Source of the DNA: Opitutaceae bacterium
Lineage (GTDB): Bacteria > Verrucomicrobiota > Verrucomicrobiia > Opitutales > Coraliomargaritaceae
Reading direction: 5' to 3'
Assembly: GCA_051252375.1 (NCBI GenBank)
Contig: JBPOFY010000003.1
Location: 384,001-448,000, forward strand
Length of the DNA stretch: 64,000 nt
The translations under genes and the position numbers were made by a program. Shown piece after piece: positions 1 through 8,085 of this stretch. Positions within the stretch are counted from its first letter, which is position 1, and every line of letters begins with the position of its first letter. The notes below the pieces were generated by a model. The model was not told the DNA's origin and did not search any database. It was given only the letters and a program-made list of their open reading frames with translations.

Positions 1-218
1 TTGAGGTAGGGATAAAATCCGCTACGGACCAGTGAGACCGCTTTGAGAGCGTGGTCGTCAAGCATACGCTTGCTCTCGGCGAGTGGTCGTCCATCTAGCC
101 ACTGTCTCCAGAGACCGACTCCCGGCACCCCGGCAGCTGCATATTTTGCGCAAGCCGTGGGTAGGTCCCATGGCTTCGTTGTCATTGTGTGAATGGCGAG
201 TCTGTCGAGGTTATCCAT
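1..218 (-). CDS. Sugar phosphate isomerase/epimerase family (xylose-isomerase-like TIM barrel), 5' part; runs off the window
   Basis: Not in the ORF track. Manual translation from ATG at 218: MDNLDRLAIHTMTTKPWDLPTACAKYAAAGVPGVGLWRQWLDGRPLAESKRMLDDHALKAVSLVRSGFYP, a typical N-terminus of AP-endonuclease-2/IolE-like barrels. Open to the edge. Confidence 0.7.
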   Translation of the reverse strand, partial: MDNLDRLAIHTMTTKPWDLPTACAKYAAAGVPGVGLWRQWLDGRPLAESKRMLDDHALKAVSLVRSGFYPYL

Positions 219-231
219 AGGAAATTGTGGG

Positions 232-470
232 GAGGTTTTGATCGAGGTGGGGAGGTTTTGAGGTTTTGAAGTGGGGAGGTTTGGAAGTTTGGAAGTGGGG
301 AGGTTTTGAGGTTTGGAAGTTTTGAGGTGGGGGGGGTTGGAAGTTTTGAAGTGGGGAGGTTTGGAAGTTTTGAGGTTTGGAGGTTTTGAAGTTTGGATTG
401 AGAACCTCTGAGCTTCACAGCTTCTTAACCTCCCCACTTCAAAACTTCTTAACCTCTCAGCTTCTCAACC
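232..470. repeat. Degenerate 8-bp tandem repeat array with an inverted arm
   Basis: 19 in-phase units GARGTKKK at 244-395 (one degenerate), one more at 232-239, then about 8 complementary-sense units CYTCNNNN at 405-468. Confidence 0.9.
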
Positions 471-481
471 TGTTCTTTTTT

Positions 482-1018
482 CTAAAATCGGTGTGTTTTT
501 TCCAGGTGCATGATGGATAGCACGCTGTCTTCGAGTATTTCGTAGCTGTGCTCCAGCGCTGCGTCAAACTTCATAGCTTGCCCGGGCTTCAGTGTGTGTT
601 GTTCGCGGGGAAGGGTGATTTGAATCGAGCCTTTGTGCAGCCAGCAGATTTCAAATTCGTCTCCATGTGCCTCGGGCTTGGATAATTGGCTGCCTGCTTT
701 CGCTGTAGCAAAGAAGCAATCAATGCCCTTGAAGCCGACTTTTTGAAACTCGAAGGGACCGGAAGTGTAGCTTTCGGATTCTTTGCAATGTGCAGAGCAA
801 GACTCGGCTAGATTGAGTAGGTCTGTTGCTGAAAGTCCGAAGACGCGGGCCAAGCGATAGAGGGTGTCCAACTCAATCATGTTCTGATTGCGCTCAAGCT
901 TGGAGAGGCCTGCTATTGAGAGGCCTGATTTCTGCGATACGTCATCCAATGTCATGCCCGCGCGCTTTCTGAGATCGCGGACAATGGAGAAATCGAGAGT
1001 CAGTTCTTGGGGGTTCAT
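482..1018 (-). CDS. XRE-family HTH transcriptional regulator with C-terminal cupin domain
   Basis: LRKRAGMTLDDVSQKSGLSIAGLSKLERN HTH; H-x3-E...H cupin (HGDEFEI...LEHSY). Start taken at MNPQEL (1018) to avoid overlap with the divergent gene. Confidence 0.88.
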   Translation of the reverse strand: MNPQELTLDFSIVRDLRKRAGMTLDDVSQKSGLSIAGLSKLERNQNMIELDTLYRLARVFGLSATDLLNLAESCSAHCKESESYTSGPFEFQKVGFKGIDCFFATAKAGSQLSKPEAHGDEFEICWLHKGSIQITLPREQHTLKPGQAMKFDAALEHSYEILEDSVLSIMHLEKTHRF

Positions 1019-1055
1019 GAGGTTTTTAATTGCCTGAAAGATAAAAATAGTCAAA

Positions 1056-1079
1056 TATTTTAATCTTAAAGTTAAAATA
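1056..1079. promoter_or_regulatory. Candidate operator, perfect inverted repeat TATTTTAA-N8-TTAAAATA
   Basis: Palindrome in the 61-bp gap between the divergent XRE regulator and the DMT gene, abutting ATG 1080. Confidence 0.55.
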
Positions 1080-1955
1080 ATGGACATTTCTCTCATATTT
1101 GCCGCCATGGCGGCGTTTGGCTACTCGGTGGCAGCGATCTTCTCGAAGCAGGCGCTGGCACAAGGTTGTGGCATCATGAGACTATCTTTTGTGGCCAATT
1201 TGGTATTTGTGCCGATTTTTGCGCTTTTGCTTATAAATGCTCCTAGTGAACCGATTCCTTGGGGGCAAATACATCAGCCAGTGCTTACTGGATTACTTTT
1301 TTTCCTTGGACAGATATTTACGTTTTCCGCGATACGTGTGGGTGATGTCAGTCTTCAGACTCCGGTTATGGGGACGAAGGTGGTCTTTGTGGTGTTGATC
1401 GCACTCTTCTTGGGGACTGAGCAGGTGAGTATTCAGCTGATTCTTGCTTCACTCTGTTCTATGGTCGCGGTTGCGCTGCTTGGTTTTTCGGGTGGTGGTG
1501 CTAGGCGGGTTGGGCTGACACTTACTTTGGCGATATTGAGTGCATTGTTTTATGCGGGATCCGATACGATGGTCGGCGCTTATGGTTCGGCTTTCGGAGT
1601 GCCGCGCTTTCTATTTATCACAATGTTAGTCAACTGTCTGCTGTCGTTTTTGCTGTTACCGTTTTTTAGCGGATCGCTTCGTCAGATCACTCGACAGGCT
1701 TGGCCATGGATTTGTTTAGCAGCAATCATGATGGCGCTTCAGGCACTGCTGGTGAATTACACGATTGCTCGTTACCAGAATGTTCCGGCGATTAATGTTC
1801 TTTATTCATCGCGAGGGCTCTGGAGTGTGGTGCTTGCCCTTCCAGTGGCCTTACTATTCAAACTTCCTCGTGAGCGTCTGACTGCACGTATGCTTTGGCA
1901 ACGTGGCGCGGGAGCGCTCCTGTTATCCATCGCAATTGGCATCGTTTTTAGTTAA
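1080..1955 (+). CDS. DMT/EamA family membrane transporter
   Basis: 291 aa, about 10 hydrophobic segments, two-repeat EamA-like pattern (FSAIRVGDVSLQTPV; ALFLGTEQ). Confidence 0.8.
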   Translation: MDISLIFAAMAAFGYSVAAIFSKQALAQGCGIMRLSFVANLVFVPIFALLLINAPSEPIPWGQIHQPVLTGLLFFLGQIFTFSAIRVGDVSLQTPVMGTKVVFVVLIALFLGTEQVSIQLILASLCSMVAVALLGFSGGGARRVGLTLTLAILSALFYAGSDTMVGAYGSAFGVPRFLFITMLVNCLLSFLLLPFFSGSLRQITRQAWPWICLAAIMMALQALLVNYTIARYQNVPAINVLYSSRGLWSVVLALPVALLFKLPRERLTARMLWQRGAGALLLSIAIGIVFS

Positions 1956-1989
1956 TCAAGTATCACCCCAAACTTTCTCTATATACGTT

Positions 1990-4089
1990 ATGAAAAATAT
2001 CGATAATACGTCCACTTCGGCAGGAGCCGAAGCGATTCCACAAGACATCCTAGATCAGTTGACGCGTTTCAACATGCCTGCAGTTCGAGGTATTCCAGCT
2101 AGCGAACAAACGATTGAGGTGTCGGGTTGCACGATTCCAGTGTATAGCTGTGACGCGCTCGTGCTAGGTAGTGGAGCAGCCGGTATGCGTGCGGTGGTTG
2201 AACTGCATCGCCGTGGTGTGGATGTGTTGGTGGCCAGCACCGGCTTGTTCGCTGGGACTTCGGCTTGCTCCGGTTCAGATAAGCAAACCCTTTATACTGC
2301 GAGCACAGACTATAAGGGAGATAACTTTATTAACTATGCGAAGAGCCTGTGCAGTGGCGGGGCGATGGATTTTTCGACGGCGTATGTTGAAGCGGTTGGT
2401 TCGAATGACGCTGTCGGAGGCTTACAGTTCATGGGCTTGCCGTTACCGCATGATGATCAAGGAGCGATACTTCGTTATCAAACCGATCACGATGAAGCTG
2501 GGCGCGCGACAAGTTGCGGACCTCGCACTTCAAAGTTGATGGTGAAAGTTCTCTTCGAGGAAGCACTCACGCTGGGTGCTCGTATATTGCCAAGTTGCAG
2601 CGGGATCCAAATCGTTAAAGAAACTGTCGACGGGGAAGATCGTGTGCGCGGTGTTATCGCATTGCACCGTGAAGAAAAGCGTAACGCTTACGGATTGGTA
2701 TTTATTCAATGTGAAGACCTCGTGATCGCAACCGGTGGTCCCGGCGAACTGTATCGCGATAGTGTTTATCCACATCATTGCCATGGCGGTTTGGGCATCG
2801 CCCTCGAAGCGGGCATTGAATTATGCAATGTGACCGAGAGCCAATTCGGTATTGGCACACCTCGCACGACATTCCCATGGAACCTTTCAGGGACCTATGT
2901 GCAAGTGATGCCGCGTGTGTATTCTGTAGATGCAGAAGGTAACGAAATCCATTTCTTGAAGCGCTATTATCGGACAACGCGTGAAATGGTATCGAATACC
3001 TTTCGCAAAGGTTATCAATGGCCGTTCCACTCAACTCGTATGCTGGATTATGGCTCTAGTCTATTCGACTTGGCCGTCTTTCTGGAGCAACAAGCGGGGC
3101 GTCGAGTATATCTCGATTTTCTCCGTAACCCCGAGCCTGTAAACGAGGACGAGCAGTTTTCGCTGGAAGACCTTGATCCAGATGTGCGTGCATATTTGGA
3201 GAATAACGAAGCTCTATTTGAGTTACCCATTGATCGATTGCATCGTATGAATCCGCTGGCGATTGAGCTGTATCGCATGCATGGCACCGATCTCGCAACA
3301 GAGCCGCTGGAGTTCGCCATGAACAATCAGCACATGAACGGTGGCATATTGATTAATAATTGGGGGCAAACAAGTTTAGCTGGATGTTATGCCATTGGCG
3401 AAGCTGCTGGCAGCCATGGCGTCACGCGCCCGGGTGGTGCGGCGCTTAATTCAGGTCAAGTGTTTGGTAAACGCGTAGCGATTGCGATCAAACGCGATCG
3501 ATTGAATCGAGTGGTTTCTAAACCCGGTGCCGAAAACATCAGCTCTGCTCTGGAACGCACACTCATAAGTGCGGATCAGTTTGTGAACGCTGGATCGGGT
3601 AAGACTACAAAGGAAATTAAGACCGAGATACAGGCCCGCATGAGTGATTATGCAGGTATCATTTGCACTGCCGATGAGGTGGAGCAAGCATTGGAAGCTG
3701 CTCGCGTCTTGAATCAACAAATTGAGTCTGAGGGCATACGCGTCAGTTCCCCGTCTATGGTCGGCGCTGCATTTCGTTGGCGTCACATGGCATGGGTGTC
3801 TGAGGCTGTTTTAACGGCACTAGATCACTACATTAAAAACGGTGGTGGTAGCCGTGGTGCACGGGCGATTTGCTCTGAGGCTGGCACAGGTTGCCCGGAG
3901 GCGAACGGCGAAGATTTGAGCCGCTTCCGATTTGTCGAAGAGCTCGAAAAGGACCGCAACGAGAAGTTGGTAGTCAGCCAAGGAGATGATGGGTTTACTA
4001 TCCGGTCTGTCTCCGTCGATTTAACTCCCGAAGTGAAGCGTGAGTTCTTTGAGAAGGGCTGGGGCGCTTACTTGATCAAAGAAGGTTAG
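1990..4089 (+). CDS. FAD-binding oxidoreductase, SdhA/FrdA/NadB flavoprotein superfamily, substrate unknown
   Basis: GSGAAG Rossmann motif, IATGG, QHMNGG, YAIGEAAGSHGVTRPGGAAL, GGSRGA. Start at ATG 1990. Confidence 0.8.
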   Translation: MKNIDNTSTSAGAEAIPQDILDQLTRFNMPAVRGIPASEQTIEVSGCTIPVYSCDALVLGSGAAGMRAVVELHRRGVDVLVASTGLFAGTSACSGSDKQTLYTASTDYKGDNFINYAKSLCSGGAMDFSTAYVEAVGSNDAVGGLQFMGLPLPHDDQGAILRYQTDHDEAGRATSCGPRTSKLMVKVLFEEALTLGARILPSCSGIQIVKETVDGEDRVRGVIALHREEKRNAYGLVFIQCEDLVIATGGPGELYRDSVYPHHCHGGLGIALEAGIELCNVTESQFGIGTPRTTFPWNLSGTYVQVMPRVYSVDAEGNEIHFLKRYYRTTREMVSNTFRKGYQWPFHSTRMLDYGSSLFDLAVFLEQQAGRRVYLDFLRNPEPVNEDEQFSLEDLDPDVRAYLENNEALFELPIDRLHRMNPLAIELYRMHGTDLATEPLEFAMNNQHMNGGILINNWGQTSLAGCYAIGEAAGSHGVTRPGGAALNSGQVFGKRVAIAIKRDRLNRVVSKPGAENISSALERTLISADQFVNAGSGKTTKEIKTEIQARMSDYAGIICTADEVEQALEAARVLNQQIESEGIRVSSPSMVGAAFRWRHMAWVSEAVLTALDHYIKNGGGSRGARAICSEAGTGCPEANGEDLSRFRFVEELEKDRNEKLVVSQGDDGFTIRSVSVDLTPEVKREFFEKGWGAYLIKEG

Positions 4090-4118
4090 CGGCTGATACC
4101 TTGAGCTTGCTAGTTAAA

Positions 4119-4191
4119 GGTAGGGACGTCTGCCCTCAGGCGTCCGCGATCTCTCCTGCTGCCACGGACGCCTGGGGCAGACGTCCCTACC
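4119..4191. repeat. GTAG-type REP inverted doublet
   Basis: GGTAGGGACGTCTGCCCTCAGGCGTCCG...CGGACGCCTGGGGCAGACGTCCCTACC, between convergent genes. Confidence 0.8.
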
Positions 4192-4285
4192 GAATACACT
4201 GTTATGCGTATCGATTTCCCCCTAAAGGTCGTGCAACTCGAGCCACGTCTGCGCTAGCGGATTGAACCTTATTCTGGAGTATGTC

Positions 4286-4371
4286 GTGGCTTCGGTTCTC
4301 GGAACCGGGGACTTGCGGATAGACCCCGAAACACCTTCGACAAGCTCAGGTCAGGAGAGTTTCGAGGCTAC
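4286..4371. repeat. REP doublet whose right arm carries a 23-nt insert
   Basis: Minus strand reads GTAGCC-TCGAAAC-TCT-[CCTGACCTGAGCTTGTCGAAGGT]-GTTTCGG; left arm GTGGCTTCGGTTCTCGGAACCGG. Confidence 0.7.
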
Positions 4372-4413
4372 AAAAGAAATCTTTGATTTAGCTCAAACCT
4401 AATTAAAGTCGGT

Positions 4414-4896
4414 CTAATTTGAGCGAGCACTGCTTGAGTTGTAGTAGAAACACCTTTGATTCGCTAGATCGTGTGCAATCCAATAATACGTCCCTTCGTA
4501 GACTTTCATTCCTTCAGCTGATTTTGGCCACCAGTTTATTGGTCCCGATCCATCTCGCCAGATATAATCAGGTTCTTCTGGAATTCTATGGTGGTTATTT
4601 GCAGCTTTGGATTTCCCTTTAAGCATACGTTCAATAACCAATTCTATCTCTTCGTTTGTCGCACTAAAGCTTATGTGGCAGTAGTAGTTGTCTCTGGAGA
4701 GCCGGTAATTGTATTCAAGGGCATAGGCGTTTTTGGGCAAGGTGATGCCCTGTGCTTTGATATTCTCTCTGACTATTTCAGAAGATAAATATGTTACCTG
4801 ATCACGATGAAAAATTGACTGCTTAATGCACGTTTGAAGTAAAGCTAGGCATAGAGTGAAAAGGATTCCGGCTAGAAATATAGAGAAGCTTTTCAT
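4414..4896 (-). CDS. Hypothetical membrane-anchored or secreted protein
   Basis: 160-aa ORF with N-terminal hydrophobic segment, visibly AT-richer than its neighbours, 16 bp after eda. Confidence 0.6.
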   Translation of the reverse strand: MKSFSIFLAGILFTLCLALLQTCIKQSIFHRDQVTYLSSEIVRENIKAQGITLPKNAYALEYNYRLSRDNYYCHISFSATNEEIELVIERMLKGKSKAANNHHRIPEEPDYIWRDGSGPINWWPKSAEGMKVYEGTYYWIAHDLANQRCFYYNSSSARSN

Positions 4897-4912
4897 TTTT
4901 CGCAGATCAGCC

Positions 4913-5539
4913 TTAAACCTCAGCTGCTTTAGCGAGAGCTTGCTTCACCTGCGCGGTGATACCGCTCCAGTCCTTGTTGGCAATTTGCGCTTTAGTCGCT
5001 AACCATGATCCGCCAATCGCGAATACTTCTGGCACGGCGAGGTATTCATTCATGTTGTCGAGTGAGACACCACCTGTTGGGCAAAATTTCACGCCTAGGT
5101 TTGAATAAGGAGCGACCATTGATTTTAGCATGTTAACGCCACCAGCTGCACCCGCGGGGAAGAACTTTAAGTGCTTACAGCCTGCTTTGATTGCGGCTTG
5201 TATGTCGCTCGGCGTCATGATGCCCGGAATGAATGGTGTATCGCGACTCTTGAAGTAGGCGATGGTTTCTGGGTCGGTGCCCGGAGCGAGTCCGAACTTA
5301 CTGCCGGAGTCGATCGCGATTTTCGCTTGTTCCGGCGTCACGACGGTGCCAGCACCCACAAGCATATCAGGGAATTCGTTAGCAATTGATTCGATCGCAC
5401 CAGCTGCTGCCTGAGTGCGGAATGTCACTTCGATGATGTTGAGACCGCCCTCGAGCAGTGCGTTAGCAAGTGGTTTTGCATCCGCTACGTTATCAATGAC
5501 GATGACAGGGATGACTGGGAATTGGTCTAATTGTGACAT
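4913..5539 (-). CDS. eda: KDPG/KHG aldolase
   Basis: IEVTFRT, VGAGTV, PGIMTPSD, LKFFPA, FCPTGGV motifs. Confidence 0.95.
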   Translation of the reverse strand: MSQLDQFPVIPVIVIDNVADAKPLANALLEGGLNIIEVTFRTQAAAGAIESIANEFPDMLVGAGTVVTPEQAKIAIDSGSKFGLAPGTDPETIAYFKSRDTPFIPGIMTPSDIQAAIKAGCKHLKFFPAGAAGGVNMLKSMVAPYSNLGVKFCPTGGVSLDNMNEYLAVPEVFAIGGSWLATKAQIANKDWSGITAQVKQALAKAAEV

Positions 5540-5687
5540 ATTTATGCTTTCTAGTGATTGAGTGGAAAATGAATGTTACTTTTGTGGCGTAGATTAAGCA
5601 AAGTTTGGTGGATGATGCGATGCCTTAGTTGTGTGGGGAAGTAACTTTTAGTAGCTATGTATTTTCACTGGAAACGTTATGAGCAAG

Positions 5688-6953
5688 TCAGCTTTTCTTG
5701 CTTTTGCGCTGGTTGGCAAGAATACCCATTACGTCAGAGGGAGGGCGTTTGGAGTGATAAAGCTCCGCCATGACTTTCATTGCTGGATCGATATGATTAA
5801 AGAACTTTTTGTAGGATGGGCACAGGTAGTTCAGCCCCCATTCTCCGTCCGGAGTCCACGTGAAACGATGCTTCGGGCATTCTCCGTTGCAGGCGAAGCG
5901 CACGCTACAATCACGGCAATATTTAGGCAGTGTGTCGCGCTTGGCATTACCGAACTCTTGAGCCATTGGGCTGTCCGCTAGCTGGGCGAGCGAGGTGTTC
6001 ATTAGGTTGCCGAGCTTGTATTTTGGATACACGTAGTGGTCGCAGGTATAGACGTCGCCATCGTGTTCCATTGCGAGCGCACGGCCACAGGTCTCGGCGA
6101 AATAGCAGAGGCCGCCTGGGATGTTTAGCCATTTTCCCAGAGCAACATCGAACAACTGCACGTATGTCTTGCCGACGTCGCGTTTGATCCACTCGTTGAA
6201 AATTTTGATCAGGAAATCGCCATAGGCTTCAGCCGGCACCGCGAACTCTGACATGCGCGGGTTCTCCTTAGTGTCGGGTGCTTCTTTTAGATTCGGTGGA
6301 GCGGCGAAATCAAGCCCGAGCTTGGCTGCGGCTGTATCGACTTCACGCTCAACGATCGGAATGAATTGTATGTATTTAGAGCCGATGCTCTTCAGGAATT
6401 TGTAGATCTTAACCGGGTGCTGAACAGTTATCGAATTAACACAGGTGAGGGTATTAAACTCGACCTTGTATTTACGCAGGATGTTGAGACCTCGAATGAC
6501 ATCCTTATAAGAATCGCGACCCTTTTTGTCCACGCGGTTGGCATTATGTAAATCCTCCGGTCCATCAATCGACAGACCTACCAGAAACTTGTTTTCAGAG
6601 AGGAATTGCCCCCATTCATCATCTATTAGGGTGCCGTTTGTTTGGAAGGCGGTATTGATGCGCTTGCCATTGGCGTGCTTCTTTTGGAATTCAACGACCT
6701 TACGGAAATAGTTCACTCCGAGTAGGGTGGGTTCGCCTCCTTGGAAGGCGAAGTTCACCTCGTGCCCAGGTTGAGCGGCGATGTAGTCGCGCACGAATGT
6801 CTCCAAACGCTCATCGGACATTTTCCACTTCTCGTTGTCCGGGTAGAGCTGTTCCTTCTCCAGATAGAAGCAGTATTTGCAATCTAAATTACAGATCGGA
6901 CCAATGGCCTTGGCCATGATGTGGAAGGGTGCTTTTGCCGCTACTTTGTTCAT
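5688..6953 (-). CDS. Anaerobic sulfatase-maturating radical SAM enzyme (AslB/AtsB/ChuR family)
   Basis: CNLDCKYC radical-SAM motif, FQGGEPTL, C-terminal SPASM cysteines (CYFAETC, TCDH, CRDC, CNGECPKHR). Confidence 0.92.
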   Translation of the reverse strand: MNKVAAKAPFHIMAKAIGPICNLDCKYCFYLEKEQLYPDNEKWKMSDERLETFVRDYIAAQPGHEVNFAFQGGEPTLLGVNYFRKVVEFQKKHANGKRINTAFQTNGTLIDDEWGQFLSENKFLVGLSIDGPEDLHNANRVDKKGRDSYKDVIRGLNILRKYKVEFNTLTCVNSITVQHPVKIYKFLKSIGSKYIQFIPIVEREVDTAAAKLGLDFAAPPNLKEAPDTKENPRMSEFAVPAEAYGDFLIKIFNEWIKRDVGKTYVQLFDVALGKWLNIPGGLCYFAETCGRALAMEHDGDVYTCDHYVYPKYKLGNLMNTSLAQLADSPMAQEFGNAKRDTLPKYCRDCSVRFACNGECPKHRFTWTPDGEWGLNYLCPSYKKFFNHIDPAMKVMAELYHSKRPPSDVMGILANQRKSKKS

Positions 6954-7003
6954 TTTATCGGAGAGGCAGCAATGACACCTTTCGTATGCCCACTTGCTTG
7001 AGG

Positions 7004-7954
7004 TTACGCGAAATTTTCAGTGATGAGCACTTCGCAATCATCACTCACTTCGTATTCAAATGAGTGTTTGGCAGGCAGAAGGGCATTGTCGCCACGTGTT
7101 AGCGTGGTGCCATCACTGACTTCTTTGAGGCTACCTTTGACCACGCTGAGTATGCGCGGTTTCCCGGCTTCGAAAGAGATGCGATCACCTGCAGTATTGA
7201 CGATCTTGCTGAGATTGAATTCGTCGCACTCTGCGAGTGTTTGAGAGGCTCCGTTCGCTTTGATCGTTTCTGGCTCGAAGTCATTGAAGTCCGAACTGAG
7301 CATCGATTGTTCGATATGTAACTGACGTGGTTCGCCGTCCAATCCAACACGTCCCCAGTCATATACCCGGTAAGTGGTGTCGGAGTTTTGTTGGATTTCA
7401 AGAATCAGGTTACCGCCACCGATCGCGTGGATGCGACCGCTCGGGATGAAGATCGATTCACCTTCTTTTACCGACATCGTGTGAACCAGTGGTTCGAGAT
7501 TGTTTGCTTGTAGACCCGCTTCAAAATCTTGACGAGTTACGCCTTTTTTCAGACCTGCCATCAGTGTGGCGTGTGGCTCCGCATCGGCAATATACCAGTT
7601 CTCAGTTTTAGGTTCTCCGTTGAGGCTGGGAGCAATTGCAGCAGGTGGGTGAACCTGGAGGCTGAGCTTTTCTTGGCAATCGAGCCATTTTACAAGGATA
7701 GGGAAAGGTTTTTCGGGCGACCAGCCAGCGCCCATGATGCCCTCTGGGTCGGCTGAGATGAGCTCGCGAATGCTGTTGCCTTCAGATGTGGTGGATTGTG
7801 CTTCCGGGCGATCGACGATTTCCCAGCTTTCGCCGATTACCTTATTTTCAGGTAGGGTGCGTCCCAGTTTGCTTCCGAAATTAGTGCCGCCCCAGACGCG
7901 CTCCTGATAGATTGGTGTAAAGAGAATGTGTTTCATGATTTGAGTCCGATTCAT
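7004..7954 (-). CDS. manA: Type I mannose-6-phosphate isomerase
   Basis: VWGG, IGESWE, LSLQVHP, KTENWY, GRIHAIG, EIQQNSDTTYRVYDWGR. Start could be 7936. Confidence 0.9.
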   Translation of the reverse strand: MNRTQIMKHILFTPIYQERVWGGTNFGSKLGRTLPENKVIGESWEIVDRPEAQSTTSEGNSIRELISADPEGIMGAGWSPEKPFPILVKWLDCQEKLSLQVHPPAAIAPSLNGEPKTENWYIADAEPHATLMAGLKKGVTRQDFEAGLQANNLEPLVHTMSVKEGESIFIPSGRIHAIGGGNLILEIQQNSDTTYRVYDWGRVGLDGEPRQLHIEQSMLSSDFNDFEPETIKANGASQTLAECDEFNLSKIVNTAGDRISFEAGKPRILSVVKGSLKEVSDGTTLTRGDNALLPAKHSFEYEVSDDCEVLITENFA

Positions 7955-8085
7955 AAGGTATCAGCTTGAGTTAGGACAAGGTTTTACTGATCAAATAGCA
8001 ATTAAGACTACGGGGACCAGATACGGATATTCGCTTTTACAGGTCGCATTATCGCATCGAATGCGTTTGGTTGGGCGGCACGATT

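Noticed and set aside
182..418. 78-aa ORF with LPN/LQT/TSK repeats
   Set aside because: It is the translation of the 8-bp microsatellite and overlaps the more credible isomerase start at 218.
232..470. Possible CRISPR array
   Set aside because: 8-bp units without unique spacers, and no cas genes in the window.
1990..4089. Calling the flavoprotein sdhA, frdA or nadB
   Set aside because: The covalent-FAD His segment is absent, there are no partner subunits or nad genes, and similarity is only at superfamily level.
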